Below the pieces are notes generated by a model that was given only the letters and a program-made list of their open reading frames with translations, was not told where the DNA came from and did no database searches. Positions 28,686 to 38,863 of a stretch of DNA of 64,000 bases are shown here, in pieces (position 1 is the first letter of the stretch; each line of letters opens with the position of its first letter). Made by a program: the position numbers and the translations under genes. The DNA lies in the NCBI GenBank assembly GCA_036404275.1, contig DASXAM010000132.1, positions 3,175-67,174 on the forward strand, written 5' to 3'. The stretch is from Stellaceae bacterium. GTDB lineage: Bacteria; Pseudomonadota; Alphaproteobacteria; ATCC43930; CGMCC-115725.

Positions 28686-29941
28686 CGACACGCGTTTCAA
28701 CCTTGAAGAACGGGCTGCGCGTCGCGACCGACCGGGTCGATACCGTGGACACGGTCTCGCTCGGCATTTGGGTCGATGTTGGTACTCGCCACGAGCCGGC
28801 AGCGATCAATGGGGCCGCGCATTTTCTCGAGCACATGGCGTTCAAGGGCACCGAGCGGCGCAGCGCTCTCGCCATCGCCGAGGAGATCGAGGCGGTCGGC
28901 GGCCATCTGAACGCCTATACCTCGCGCGAGAGCACCGCGTATTACGCCAAGGTGCTGAAGGAGGATGTGCCGCTCGCCCTCGATATCCTCGCCGACATTT
29001 TGCAGAACTCGACCTTCGCGGCCGATGAGCTCGAGCGCGAGCGCACCGTGATCCTGCAGGAGATCGGCCAGGCCAACGACACGCCCGACGACATCATCTT
29101 CGACCATTTCCAGGAATGCGCCTATCCCGACCAGCCGATGGGCCGGCCGGTATTGGGGCGTCCGGAGATCATTCGGCGGCTCGGCCGCGAGGCGATTGTC
29201 GATTACTTGCGCGGCCATTACAGCGCCTCGCGCATGGTGTTGGCGGCCTCGGGCAATCTCGACCACGACCGTCTGGTGGCGCTTGCCGAAAAGCTGCTCT
29301 CGGATGTTCCAGCCGAGCTGCCGCTCACGACGGAGCCGGCGCGCTACGAGGGCGGCGACCGGCGCGAGGCGCGCGAGCTCGAGCAACTGCATCTGGTGCT
29401 GGGCTTTCCCGGCCCGGTGCTCGGCGACCCGGACTATTTCGCCGCCGCGGTGCTGTCGACGGCGTTTGGCGGCGGCATGTCGTCGCGACTCTTCCAGCAG
29501 ATCCGCGAGAAGAAGGGCCTCGTCTACGCGATCCATTCCTTCGTCCACAGCTACCGCGACGCCGGCCTCTTCGGCATTTACGCCGGCACCGGGGAAGAGG
29601 AAGCGGCCGAATTGGTGCCGGCATTGTGCGAAGAGGCGCTGCGGCTCCGGGACGGGTTGACCCCGGTCGAGCTGGCGCGAGCCAAGACGCAGATGAAGGC
29701 CGGCCTCTTGATGTCGCTCGAAAGCACCTCGGCGCGTTGCGAGCAGATGGCGCAGCATCTGCTGATCCACGGCAAACCGTTCGACCCGCCCGAAATCGTG
29801 AGCCGGATCGAGGCGGTCGATGATGCGGCGATCGCCCGTATCGTCGCCGGCTGGGGCGCAGCGCCGCCGACGCTGGCGGCGCTTGGGCCGCTCACCGGGC
29901 TCGAGGAATTCGACCGCGTGCGCACGCGGCTCGCCGCCTGA
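28682..29941 (+). CDS. M16 family zinc peptidase (processing-protease-like)
   Basis: HFLEHMAFKGT inverted zinc motif. The start overlaps the thrC stop (ATGA). Confidence 0.9.
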   Translation: MTTRVSTLKNGLRVATDRVDTVDTVSLGIWVDVGTRHEPAAINGAAHFLEHMAFKGTERRSALAIAEEIEAVGGHLNAYTSRESTAYYAKVLKEDVPLALDILADILQNSTFAADELERERTVILQEIGQANDTPDDIIFDHFQECAYPDQPMGRPVLGRPEIIRRLGREAIVDYLRGHYSASRMVLAASGNLDHDRLVALAEKLLSDVPAELPLTTEPARYEGGDRREARELEQLHLVLGFPGPVLGDPDYFAAAVLSTAFGGGMSSRLFQQIREKKGLVYAIHSFVHSYRDAGLFGIYAGTGEEEAAELVPALCEEALRLRDGLTPVELARAKTQMKAGLLMSLESTSARCEQMAQHLLIHGKPFDPPEIVSRIEAVDDAAIARIVAGWGAAPPTLAALGPLTGLEEFDRVRTRLAA

Positions 29942-29949
29942 CCGCTGCG

Positions 29950-30564
29950 ATGGCGCCGCAGCGCAAATCCTTCCCGCGCCTCTTTCTGGCTCGGGCGGAC
30001 CCGTTCCGGCTCAGCGGCGAACGGGTCTTTTTGCGTCTTCCCGAGCGCGGCGATTATGAGGCCTGGGCCAGCCTGCGCGCCGGCTCACGAAATTTTCTGG
30101 TGCCGTGGGAGCCGATCTGGCCGCCCGATGCATTGTCACGCGCCAATTTTCGCGCCCGCATCGCCCGCTACACCGAGGACTGGCGCACCGACCAGGCCTA
30201 CAATTTTTTTATCTTTGCCCACGACGAAGCGCTTGTCGGCGGGATCGGCCTGTCGAATGTGCGGCGCGGTGTGTCGGAGACCGCGAGCCTCGGCTATTGG
30301 GTCGGCGAGCCGCATGCCCGCCAGGGCTATATGACCGCGGCCTTGCCGTTGGTCCTCGATTTTGCTTTCGAGCGGCTGCGCCTGCATCGGGTCGAGGCGG
30401 CGTGCCTGCCGACCAATGTGCCGAGCCGCGCGCTATTGATGCGGGCCGGCTTTCAGCAGGAAGGCTACGCCCGCCAATACCTCTGTATCGAAGGCAAATG
30501 GCAGGACCATCTGCTGTTCGCGATCCTGCAACAGGACCCGCGCAGCGGCTCGGGGCGGGGATAG
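29950..30564 (+). CDS. GNAT family N-acetyltransferase (RimJ/RimL-like)
   Basis: 204 aa. ...YWVGEPHARQGYMTAAL...HRVEAACLPTNVPSRALLMRAGF... Confidence 0.85.
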   Translation: MAPQRKSFPRLFLARADPFRLSGERVFLRLPERGDYEAWASLRAGSRNFLVPWEPIWPPDALSRANFRARIARYTEDWRTDQAYNFFIFAHDEALVGGIGLSNVRRGVSETASLGYWVGEPHARQGYMTAALPLVLDFAFERLRLHRVEAACLPTNVPSRALLMRAGFQQEGYARQYLCIEGKWQDHLLFAILQQDPRSGSGRG

Positions 30565-30575
30565 GAGGCGTCCGC

Positions 30576-31133
30576 TCAGGCGCGGCCGGCTTCGGTGGAG
30601 AGCATCGACAAATCGATGCCGAGCTTGGCGAGCGCTCGCTGCCATTTGCCGTCGTAGTCGGGATCGAACACGATCCCGTCGTCGGCCGCGACCGACAACC
30701 AACCATTGGCCTGGATCTCGGCATCGAGCTGGCCCGGCCCCCAGCCTGCGTAGCCGAGCGCCAACAGGCATTGCCGCGGCCCCTGCCCACGGCCGATCGC
30801 GCGCAGGATCTCGATCGTCGCCGTCACCGCGATATTGCCTTCGACGTGGAGGGTCGCCTCCTCCTGGTAATCGGCGGTGTGCAGCACAAAGCCGCGGCCG
30901 GTTTCGACCGGTCCGCCAAAATGGACCGGGCGCGCGGTGCCGGTGCCTTGCGGGTTGATCTCGAGCTGGTCGAACAGCTCGCCCATCGTCAACGAGCCGA
31001 TCGGCTTGTTGATGACCAGCCCCATCGCCCCGGCATCGTCGCTATGCGCACACATATAGATGACCGAGCGGGCAAAGCGCGGGTCGCCCATCTGCGGCAT
31101 CGCCACCAGCAGCTGGCCTGCGAGCGAGGTCAC
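30576..31133 (-). CDS. YqgE/AlgH family protein (UPF0301)
   Basis: [40 protein letters not shown] signature. Confidence 0.9.
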   Translation of the reverse strand: [185 protein letters not shown]

Positions 31134-31332
31134 GCCCTACTCCGACCGTTCATCGCGCAGCGCTCCTTATTGCCGCCCGCCTCATAGAGCTTATACGTCT
31201 ATATAGGCATTTGATTGCGTCGGTGTGCGCACGATCGCGTGTGCTCCGGGCCAAGACAGCCGCCGGGTTTGCCGCCCCGGTCGCCCTGTGCTATCGCTCG
31301 GCCCGGCCCGTTTCACCATCGGAGGGAAGCTC

Positions 31333-31821
31333 ATGACGATCAAAGTCGGCGACCGGCTGCCGTCGGCGACGCTGCGGCAGGTTACATCCGAAGGACCAAA
31401 AGAGGTCAGCACCGACGATTTTTTCCGCGGCAAAAAGGTGGCGTTGTTCGCCGTGCCTGGCGCCTTCACGCCGGCCTGCTCGCAGCGCCATCTGCCGGGT
31501 TTTGTCGAGCGTGCGGCCGAGATCAAGGCAAAGGGAGTGGACGAGGTCGCTTGCGTTGCGGTCAACGATGCCGCGGTGCTGACCGCTTGGGGCAAGCAGC
31601 AGAAAAGCGAGGGCAAGGTCACGATGCTGGCCGACGGCAGCGGCGAATTAGCCCGCGCGCTCGGGCTCGAGCTCGACCTGTCAAAAGCCGGTCTCGGCGT
31701 CCGCTCGAAGCGCTATTCGATGCTGGTCGATAACGGCGTCGTCAAATCGCTGAACGTCGAGGCTCAGCCGGGCCAAGTCGAGGCATCAAGCGCCGAAGCG
31801 ATGCTGAAGGCGCTCGGCTGA
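31333..31821 (+). CDS. Peroxiredoxin (Prx5-type)
   Basis: GGAGGGAAG RBS. MTIKVGDRLP...FAVPGAFTPACS... peroxidatic Cys motif. Confidence 0.9.
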   Translation: MTIKVGDRLPSATLRQVTSEGPKEVSTDDFFRGKKVALFAVPGAFTPACSQRHLPGFVERAAEIKAKGVDEVACVAVNDAAVLTAWGKQQKSEGKVTMLADGSGELARALGLELDLSKAGLGVRSKRYSMLVDNGVVKSLNVEAQPGQVEASSAEAMLKALG

Positions 31822-31903
31822 CGCGGCGCCGTCCAGAACGGGCGATTCTCGCCGCAACGGGGCCGACACCAGCCAAAATGCCGTGCAATGGCGACGCCGC
31901 CCG

Positions 31904-33775
31904 CTATTTCGGCGGAGCGATCGGCGGCATGGCCAGGAGTCCCGGCGCGTCGAGCAGGAGCGCGAGGCGCTGGGCCAGCGGCGCCAAATTTGCGATCGCG
32001 CGGACGAGCGGGCCGGCGGCGATGCCGGGTTGCGGCTCTTCGCCCGAAAGGCGGTCGAAGATCCGCTCGAGGGTGCTTTTTTTGCGCGGGAACACGGTCA
32101 ATTCGATCGGCGCGTCGGCCGGAATGTCGGCGGCTTGCCGCGCGAGGCGGAGCGCCGTTTCGTAGCCGCCGAGCGCATCGACGAGACCGCGCGCCTTCGC
32201 CTCCTCGCCGGTCCAGACCCGGCCTTTGGCAACCGCCTCGACCGCTTCGGGCGACATATGGCGGCCGTCGGCGACGTGCTGCTTGAAACCCTTGTAGGTG
32301 TCGTCGAGAAAGGCTTCGAGCCGGGCATGCGCCTGGGCCGAGAATTCGCTGGTCGCGCTGAACATCGCGGCATTGGTGCCGAGCTGTGCCGAATCGGTCG
32401 AGACCCCGATCTTGTCGAGCAATTTGCCGATGACGAGCTTGCCGGCGAGGACGCCGATCGAGCCGGTCAAGGTTGCCGGCTCGGCGATGATCTTGTCCGC
32501 CGCCGCGGCAACATAGTAGCCGCCGGAGCCGGCGACGTCGCCCATCGACACGATGACCGGCTTGCCGTGCTCGCGGGCATAGACGACGTCGCGCCAGATC
32601 GATTCCGAGGCGACGACCGAGCCGCCGGGGCTGTCGATGCGGAACAGGATGGCGCGCACCCGCCGGTCGCGGATCGCGGCGCGAAAGGCGCGGCCGGTCG
32701 CCTCCGCCGCCATTTCCTTCGACCCGGCCAGGAGGTCGGTCGAGCCGCCGCCGCGCACGATAAGGCCGTTGCCGTAGATCAGCGCGATGCGCTCGCCATT
32801 CGCATTCGGATGCCCGGCGCGGTCGAGATAGCGCGCAAGCCTGACCGGTTGCGCATCGCTGCCGGCGCGTTGTCGCGCCGCCGCAAGTGCCTGGTCACGG
32901 TAGCCGAGCCGATCGACGAGCTTTGCCTGGCGCGCCTCGTCGGCCAAGAACGGTCCGCGGTCGATCGTGCTGCGCACCGCCTGCGGCGCCAGCTTGCGGC
33001 CTTGCGCGATGCCGTCGACGATCTGGCCGCCGAGCGAAGCGAGCAGCGCCTCGACCTCTTGGCGGTGCGGTGGCGTCATCCTGGTTTCGGTCAATACGTT
33101 CATCGCGGTCTTGTATTCTTCGCGATGATCGAATTCGGGGGCGATTCCCAACAGGTCGAGCGTGCCTTTGAGAAACGGGACCTGCGAATAAAGCCCGGTG
33201 AGCCCGACATTGCCCATCGGCTGCAGCCAGATTTCGTCGAAGGCGGTCGCCAGGTAATAGGGGCGCGTGCCCGGACCAAACTCACCAAAGCTGTCGGCGT
33301 AGGCGACGGCGAATTTGCCTTTGGCGCGAAAGGCGGCAATCGCATCGCGCACCTGCTGGGTTTCGCCGAGCCCCAGCGTGTCGGGGCCGACGACGGCGAC
33401 GAGCCCTTTGACCCGCGGATCAGTCGTCGCCCGCTCGATCCCGTCGAGAAAGTCGCGCAAAGTCGGCTCGGTGCCGGTCAGGAGCTGCAGCAGCCGATCC
33501 TCGCCGGCATTGTCGGCAAGCCCCTTGGTCAGATCGGCGGTGATCAGGATGGTGTCCGGCAACGCAGCCGGTCGCGGCGCGAGACGCCAGGCGAGCAGCC
33601 CGCCGGCGACGGCGAGCAGCACCGCCAGCAGGCCGATCGCCGCGAAAAATCCGACGATGAGGCGCCTGAGACGGGTCAGACCGCACCGCCCAGCGCGCGG
33701 TGGCGCAACAGATGGTCGGCAAGCACGCAGGCCACCATCGCCTCGCCGACCGGCACCGCGCGAATGCCGACGCAT
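31904..33775 (-). CDS. sppA: Signal peptide peptidase SppA (67K type)
   Basis: N-terminal TM segment and two ClpP-like S49 domains (...[11 protein letters not shown]...[12 protein letters not shown]...). The only canonical in-frame start is ATG 33775, 100 nt inside aroC. Confidence 0.8.
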   Translation of the reverse strand: MRRHSRGAGRRGDGGLRACRPSVAPPRAGRCGLTRLRRLIVGFFAAIGLLAVLLAVAGGLLAWRLAPRPAALPDTILITADLTKGLADNAGEDRLLQLLTGTEPTLRDFLDGIERATTDPRVKGLVAVVGPDTLGLGETQQVRDAIAAFRAKGKFAVAYADSFGEFGPGTRPYYLATAFDEIWLQPMGNVGLTGLYSQVPFLKGTLDLLGIAPEFDHREEYKTAMNVLTETRMTPPHRQEVEALLASLGGQIVDGIAQGRKLAPQAVRSTIDRGPFLADEARQAKLVDRLGYRDQALAAARQRAGSDAQPVRLARYLDRAGHPNANGERIALIYGNGLIVRGGGSTDLLAGSKEMAAEATGRAFRAAIRDRRVRAILFRIDSPGGSVVASESIWRDVVYAREHGKPVIVSMGDVAGSGGYYVAAAADKIIAEPATLTGSIGVLAGKLVIGKLLDKIGVSTDSAQLGTNAAMFSATSEFSAQAHARLEAFLDDTYKGFKQHVADGRHMSPEAVEAVAKGRVWTGEEAKARGLVDALGGYETALRLARQAADIPADAPIELTVFPRKKSTLERIFDRLSGEEPQPGIAAGPLVRAIANLAPLAQRLALLLDAPGLLAMPPIAPPK

Positions 33776-34752
33776 GGGTCGTGCCGGCCGTGGGTGGCGA
33801 TCTCGACCTCGTTGCCTTCGGTGTCGATCGTACGCATCGGGGTCGGGATCGAGCTCGTCGGCTTGACCGCAAAGCGGGCGACGATGTCCTGTCCCGTCGA
33901 GATGCCGCCCAGGATGCCGCCGGCGTTGTTCGACAAAAAGACGACGCGGCCGTTCTCGATCCGCATTTCGTCGGCGTTTTCCTCGCCGCCAAGTGCTGCG
34001 GCGGCAAACCCGGCGCCGATCTCGACCCCTTTAACCGCGTTGATCGTCATCAGCGCGCGAGCGAGATCGCCGTCGAGCTTGTCGTAGACCGGCTCGCCGA
34101 GGCCGGCAGGGACGCCGCTTGCGACGATCTCGATGACGGCTCCGGCCGAGGAGCCGGATTTGCGCACCTGATCGACGTAATCGGCCCATTTGAGCGCCGT
34201 CGCCCTGTCCGGGCACCAGAACGGGTTCTCCTCGACCGCCCGCCAATCCCAGGCGTCGCGGTCGATGCGGTGCGGGCCGATCTGCACCAGCGCGCCGCGG
34301 ACCCTGATGCCGGGGCCCAGCACCTTGCGCGCGACTGCGCCGGCGGCGACGCGCGAAGCGGTCTCGCGGGCCGAGGCCCGGCCGCCGCCGCGATAATCGC
34401 GCACCCCATATTTTTTCCAGTAAGTGTAGTCGGCGTGACCCGGGCGGAACCGGTCGGCGATGTTGCGGTAATCCCTCGAGCGCTGATCGGTATTTTCGAT
34501 CAAGAGCTGGATCGGCGTCCCGGTCGTCACCCCGTCAAAGACGCCGCTCATGATGCGGACCAGATCGTCCTCGCGGCGCTGTGTCGTAAACCGTGACTGG
34601 CCGGGCTTGCGCTTGTCGAGCCAGATCTGGATGTCGGACTCGGCGAGCTCCAGCCGAGGCGGTACGCCATCGACGACCACGCCGATCGCCGGCCCGTGGC
34701 TTTCCCCCCAGGTCGTGAACCGGAACAAGGTACCGAAACTGTTGCCAGCCAT
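33676..34752 (-). CDS. aroC: Chorismate synthase
   Basis: [29 protein letters not shown]...GRHDPCV... Confidence 0.95.
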   Translation of the reverse strand: MAGNSFGTLFRFTTWGESHGPAIGVVVDGVPPRLELAESDIQIWLDKRKPGQSRFTTQRREDDLVRIMSGVFDGVTTGTPIQLLIENTDQRSRDYRNIADRFRPGHADYTYWKKYGVRDYRGGGRASARETASRVAAGAVARKVLGPGIRVRGALVQIGPHRIDRDAWDWRAVEENPFWCPDRATALKWADYVDQVRKSGSSAGAVIEIVASGVPAGLGEPVYDKLDGDLARALMTINAVKGVEIGAGFAAAALGGEENADEMRIENGRVVFLSNNAGGILGGISTGQDIVARFAVKPTSSIPTPMRTIDTEGNEVEIATHGRHDPCVGIRAVPVGEAMVACVLADHLLRHRALGGAV

Positions 34753-34783
34753 GGCCTCAGCGCCCCTGCCACTCCCACCCTAA

Positions 34784-34861
34784 CCCTCCCCCGCAGGCGG
34801 GGGAGGGAATGGGAGGGGGCGACCCTCCCCCGCAGGCGGGGGAGGGAAGGGAGGGGGCGGG
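34784..34861. repeat. Tandem pair of 39-bp REP-like units, each with palindrome CCCTCCCCCGC-AG-GCGGGGGAGGG
   Basis: Units at 34784-34822 and 34823-34861 are nearly identical. They lie in the fabI-aroC intergenic gap. Confidence 0.75.
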
Positions 34862-34891
34862 GCTAGCAGAAAACGTCCGTAAACGGTCATC

Positions 34892-35704
34892 TCACACCAC
34901 CGAGATGTCCGGCGCGTCGACGGCTTTCATGCCGACGACGTGATAGCCGCAATCGACATGGTGGACCTCGCCGGTGACGCCCGCCGACAAATCGCTTAAC
35001 AGATAGACGCCGGCGCCGCCGACCTCGTCGGTCGTGACGTTGCGCTTCAAGGGTGAATTGTACTGGTTCCATTTGAGGATATAGCGGAAATCGCCGATCC
35101 CCGAGGCGGCCAAGGTCTTGATCGGCCCGGCCGAGATCGCGTTGACGCGGATGTTTTGCCCGCCCAGATCGACCGCAAGATAGCGCACGCTGGCCTCCAG
35201 CGCTGCTTTGGCCACCCCCATGACGTTGTAGTTCGGCATGACCCGCTCGGCGCCGTAATAGGTCAGGGTCAGCAGGCTGCCGCCATCCGGCATCAGCGGT
35301 GCCGCGCGTCGGCAGATATCGGTGAACGAGAAGCAGGAAATATCGAGCGTGCGGAGAAAGTTTTCGCGCGTTGTATCGACGTATTTTCCCCTGAGCGCAT
35401 TGGGGTCGGTGCCGCCGATCGCGTGCACGGCAAAATCGAGCCGGCCCCAGCGCTCTTCGATCGCGGTAAACACCCGGTCGAGGCTCGCCTCGTCGGTGAC
35501 GTCGCATTCAACGACAAAGTCGCTGCCGGCGCTGGCGGCGAGCGGCCGCACCCGCCGGCCGAGCGCCTCGCCCTGATAGGTGAAGGCGAGCGCCGCCCCT
35601 TCCGCCGACAGCGCCTTGGCGATGCCCCACGCGATCGAGCGCTCGTTGGCGACACCCATGACCAAGCCCTGCTTTCCCGCCATCAGCGGCATCGTCGTCC
35701 CCAT
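34892..35704 (-). CDS. fabI: Enoyl-ACP reductase (NADH) FabI
   Basis: GKQGLVMGVANERSIAWGIAKAL... SDR-type FabI pattern. The exact ATG is uncertain among M1, M5 and M8. Confidence 0.9.
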   Translation of the reverse strand: MGTTMPLMAGKQGLVMGVANERSIAWGIAKALSAEGAALAFTYQGEALGRRVRPLAASAGSDFVVECDVTDEASLDRVFTAIEERWGRLDFAVHAIGGTDPNALRGKYVDTTRENFLRTLDISCFSFTDICRRAAPLMPDGGSLLTLTYYGAERVMPNYNVMGVAKAALEASVRYLAVDLGGQNIRVNAISAGPIKTLAASGIGDFRYILKWNQYNSPLKRNVTTDEVGGAGVYLLSDLSAGVTGEVHHVDCGYHVVGMKAVDAPDISVV

Positions 35705-35820
35705 CCCCGCCTGCCGGCCATCCTACACGAACCCGGCGGACGCGGCCAATCGGCGCGCAGCGGTAGGATCGCCAGCCTCGTCTCCTTGTTTACGGCGCAG
35801 GAGGCTCGTAGGCTCTGAGC

Positions 35821-37176
35821 ATGACGCGCGCGGACGACGAGGGGCCCAACGGCGCGGGCCGCGGCGGCTTGCGCCGGCGGGCGGCGACGATGGCGGCCTT
35901 CGCGCTCTATTCCCTGCGCCGCTTCAACGCCGACGGCTGTTTTGCCGCCTCGGGCGCGCTGAGCTATACGACGCTGGTGTCGCTGGTGCCGCTGGCCGCA
36001 ATCGCGCTCGGCTCATTGTCGGCCTTCCCGATTTTCGCCAAGGTGCACGACCAGCTCCTGGCGCTGGTGTTCCGCAATTTCGTGCCGTCGATCGGCGAGC
36101 AGGCGGCCTATTGGTTTAGCGCCTTCACCAACTCCGCGGCGCAGACGACGGCGATCGGCGTCATCGGCATTGCCGCCACCGGGGTGCTACTGCTGGTGAC
36201 GGTCGAGGACCAGCTCAATCTGATCTGGCGGGTGACCTCGGCGCGGCCCTGGGGGCAGCGCGTGCTCGCTTATTGGACCTTGATCACACTCGGGCCGCTC
36301 TTGGTCGGGATCAGCCTGTCGCTGTCGACCTATTTCGAGATCGCCGCGAGCCGCGCCGGCTTTGGCCAGCAGGCGGCGCAGTGGATCGCCAGCGGCTGGC
36401 TGCACGGGTTGGCGCGGGCGGTGCCGGCGCTGCTCGAATTTCTCGCGCTGAACCTGCTCTATTGGCTCATTCCGAATTGCGCGGTGCGGTGGCGCGACGG
36501 CTGCGTCGGCGCGCTGATCGCCACGGTCGCGATCGAAATCCTGAAGGTCGGGTTCACCGCCTATATCGGCGCCATGTCCTGGTACCAGACCGTCTACGGC
36601 GCGCTCGCGGCGATCCCGATCTTTCTGTTGTGGATGTATATTTCGTGGATGGCGGTGCTGCTCGGCGCCGTGGTCGCGGCAGCCTTGCCGCATTGGCGCA
36701 TCGATGAGCGCCTTGGCAAGAGGTCGCCCGGCGGCATCCATCTCGGGCTCAGCCTCGCGCTGATTGCGGCACTCGCACGCGCCCAGCAGCATGGCCGGAC
36801 AGTCACGACGGTGGCGCTCGCCGTCGATCTCGGAGTGGCGACGACGGTCATCGACGAGCACGTCAAGCCGCTGGTCGAAGCCGGTTTTGTGGCGCATACC
36901 CAGGGCGGCAATTGGGTGCTCGCCTGGGACCCGAAGGCCGCCACCCTCGGTGACCTCTATCAGGCATTGCACATGCCGTTTGCCGGCGCCTGGACCGGCG
37001 ATCGGATCGCGGCGCCGTGGCAGCGCCAAGTGGCGCCGGCGCTGGCGCGGATCGCCGATGCCGAGGCCGCGGCGATGCAATTGGCGCTCGCCGAGCTGAT
37101 CGGCGAAAGCGCGGCCCCGATGCCGGCGCTGCGGCGCAGCCGGCACCATGCCGGCGAGAAGATTGGCTCACGCTGA
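35821..37176 (+). CDS. YihY/BrkB family membrane protein with a C-terminal soluble extension
   Basis: ...FNADGCFAASGALSYTTLVSLVPL... YihY core of about 290 aa, followed by a tail of about 150 aa. Confidence 0.8.
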   Translation: MTRADDEGPNGAGRGGLRRRAATMAAFALYSLRRFNADGCFAASGALSYTTLVSLVPLAAIALGSLSAFPIFAKVHDQLLALVFRNFVPSIGEQAAYWFSAFTNSAAQTTAIGVIGIAATGVLLLVTVEDQLNLIWRVTSARPWGQRVLAYWTLITLGPLLVGISLSLSTYFEIAASRAGFGQQAAQWIASGWLHGLARAVPALLEFLALNLLYWLIPNCAVRWRDGCVGALIATVAIEILKVGFTAYIGAMSWYQTVYGALAAIPIFLLWMYISWMAVLLGAVVAAALPHWRIDERLGKRSPGGIHLGLSLALIAALARAQQHGRTVTTVALAVDLGVATTVIDEHVKPLVEAGFVAHTQGGNWVLAWDPKAATLGDLYQALHMPFAGAWTGDRIAAPWQRQVAPALARIADAEAAAMQLALAELIGESAAPMPALRRSRHHAGEKIGSR

Positions 37177-37241
37177 TGGAAGCCGTCAGAGATATGACAC
37201 CGTGGGTCTGGGACGTCCGCGCCCGCCCGGCCCGCTCCCTT

Positions 37242-37265
37242 CCTTCCCCCGCCAGCGGGGGAGGG
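37242..37265. repeat. Third copy of the GGGGGAGGG-type REP palindrome
   Basis: CCTTCCCCCGC-CA-GCGGGGGAGGG in the yihY-pdxH gap. It matches the 34784 family. Confidence 0.6.
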
Positions 37266-37331
37266 TCAGGGTGGGGGTGCCGCACCGCGGAAAAAGCACT
37301 GGGCGCCAAGCGTCGGGAGCGCGCCCATTAG

Positions 37332-37946
37332 ATGTGCGCAAGCTCAGCAAAGATGGACGAAATCGCCGATACCGAGCCCTTCGCTCCTTTTGCCCGTTGG
37401 TATGACACGGCCCAGCGGGAGGAGCCCGACCCGCATGCGGTGACCTTGGCGACCGCAACCAAGGGCGGCGTTCCGTCAGCGCGCATGATTCTACTGAAGG
37501 GTTTCGACAGCCGCGGCTTTGCTTTCTACACCAATCTCGAAAGCCGCAAATCTCTGGAATTGCTCGAAAACCCACAGGCCGCGCTGTGCTTTTTGTGGAA
37601 GGTGCTGCGCCGCCAAGTGCGGATCGAGGGAACCGCCGAGCCGGTCTCGGCGGCCGAAGCCGACGCCTATTTCGCGAGCCGCCCGCGCGACAGCCGGATC
37701 GGCGCCTGGGCCTCGGACCAGTCGCGCCCGCTGGCGAGCCGCGCCGTGCTTGAAGACCGGTTCGAAACCTTCTCCCGCCGTTTCGCCGCGGGCGACAGCG
37801 ATGTGCCGCGGCCGCCCTTCTGGTCGGGCTTTCGCATCGTGCCGCGGCGTATCGAATTTTGGCAGGAGCGGCCGTCGCGGCTGCACGACCGGTGGCTGTT
37901 TGTCCGCGAGGGCGCGGGATGGCGGCGGCAGCGCCTCTACCCTTGA
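37332..37946 (+). CDS. pdxH: Pyridoxamine 5'-phosphate oxidase
   Basis: ...[23 protein letters not shown]...RIEG...[16 protein letters not shown]... The start is ATG 37332 or ATG 37353. Confidence 0.9.
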   Translation: MCASSAKMDEIADTEPFAPFARWYDTAQREEPDPHAVTLATATKGGVPSARMILLKGFDSRGFAFYTNLESRKSLELLENPQAALCFLWKVLRRQVRIEGTAEPVSAAEADAYFASRPRDSRIGAWASDQSRPLASRAVLEDRFETFSRRFAAGDSDVPRPPFWSGFRIVPRRIEFWQERPSRLHDRWLFVREGAGWRRQRLYP

Positions 37947-38863
37947 TTTACGGCCCCGCGGCCGACCGGCTGCGCCGGCGCGCGACCTATGCCTCGGTCG
38001 CGGTCGCGGCGATCCTGATCGCCGCCAAGTTTGTCGCCTGGCTCGACACCGGGTCGGTGGCGCTGTTGTCGAGCCTCACCGATTCGCTGCTCGACGCCGC
38101 CGCCTCGATCTTCAACCTCGTTGCCGTGCGGCATGCGATGATCCCGGCGGACCGCGAGCATCGCTTTGGCCACGGCAAGGCCGAGCCGCTCGCCGTCCTC
38201 GGCCAGTCGGCGTTCATCACGGGCAGCGCGCTCCTGCTGCTCGCCGAGGGCGTGCGCCGGCTGTTGCATCCGACACCGGTCGAGAACCCGCCGGTGGGCA
38301 TTGTCGTGGTCGTGTTTGCGATGGTCATGACCGTGGCGCTCGTGACCTATCAGCGCCATGTCGTGCACCGCACCGGCTCGATCGCAATCAGCGCCGACGA
38401 ATTGCATTACCGCAGCGATTTGGTGCTGAACGGCAGCGTTCTGCTGGCGCTCATTCTCGGCGGCATTTTCCGCATCGAACGGGTAGACCCGATGTTCGGC
38501 ATCGGCATCGGGTTGTGGATCGTTTGGTCGGCAGCGCGGCTCGCGCGGATGTCGCTGTTCCAGCTGATGGACCACGAATTGTCCGACGACAACCGCGAAA
38601 AGATCCGGGCGATCGCGCAATCGCACCCGCAAGTTGCCGCGGCGCACGATTTGCGCACCCGCGTCGCGGGTCCGACCGCCTTTATCCAGGTGCATCTCGA
38701 AATGGACGGCAATATGAGCCTGAAACAGGCGCACGAGATCTCCGACGAGGTCGAGGCCCGGCTGAGCGCGGCCTATCCCAACGCCGAGATCATCATCCAT
38801 CAGGATCCCGAGGGGATCGAAGAGCCGCGCGCGAATTTTCCGCGGCGGGTCGGCGCGCGATGA
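37919..38863 (+). CDS. Cation diffusion facilitator family transporter (FieF-like)
   Basis: ...[19 protein letters not shown]...HRFGHGKAE... plus a C-terminal cytoplasmic domain. The start is ATG 37919 or TTG 37943 (TTGA overlap with the pdxH stop). Confidence 0.85.
   Translation: MAAAAPLPLIYGPAADRLRRRATYASVAVAAILIAAKFVAWLDTGSVALLSSLTDSLLDAAASIFNLVAVRHAMIPADREHRFGHGKAEPLAVLGQSAFITGSALLLLAEGVRRLLHPTPVENPPVGIVVVVFAMVMTVALVTYQRHVVHRTGSIAISADELHYRSDLVLNGSVLLALILGGIFRIERVDPMFGIGIGLWIVWSAARLARMSLFQLMDHELSDDNREKIRAIAQSHPQVAAAHDLRTRVAGPTAFIQVHLEMDGNMSLKQAHEISDEVEARLSAAYPNAEIIIHQDPEGIEEPRANFPRRVGAR

Noticed and set aside
31883-34087. 734-aa plus-strand ORF
   Set aside because: It is antisense to sppA and aroC, which both have unmistakable family motifs. 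The translation is Arg/Ala/Gly-rich low-complexity sequence typical of antisense frames in high-GC DNA.
34784-34861. Possible CRISPR-like array (two 39-bp direct repeats)
   Set aside because: There are only two units with no spacers between them, the repeats are internally palindromic REP-type sequences, and no cas genes are present.
37519-38859. Long N-terminal extension of the 697-aa ORF 37519..39612
   Set aside because: It runs in an alternate frame across pdxH and the CDF transporter. Only the last 250 aa (from ATG 38860) form an SDR.
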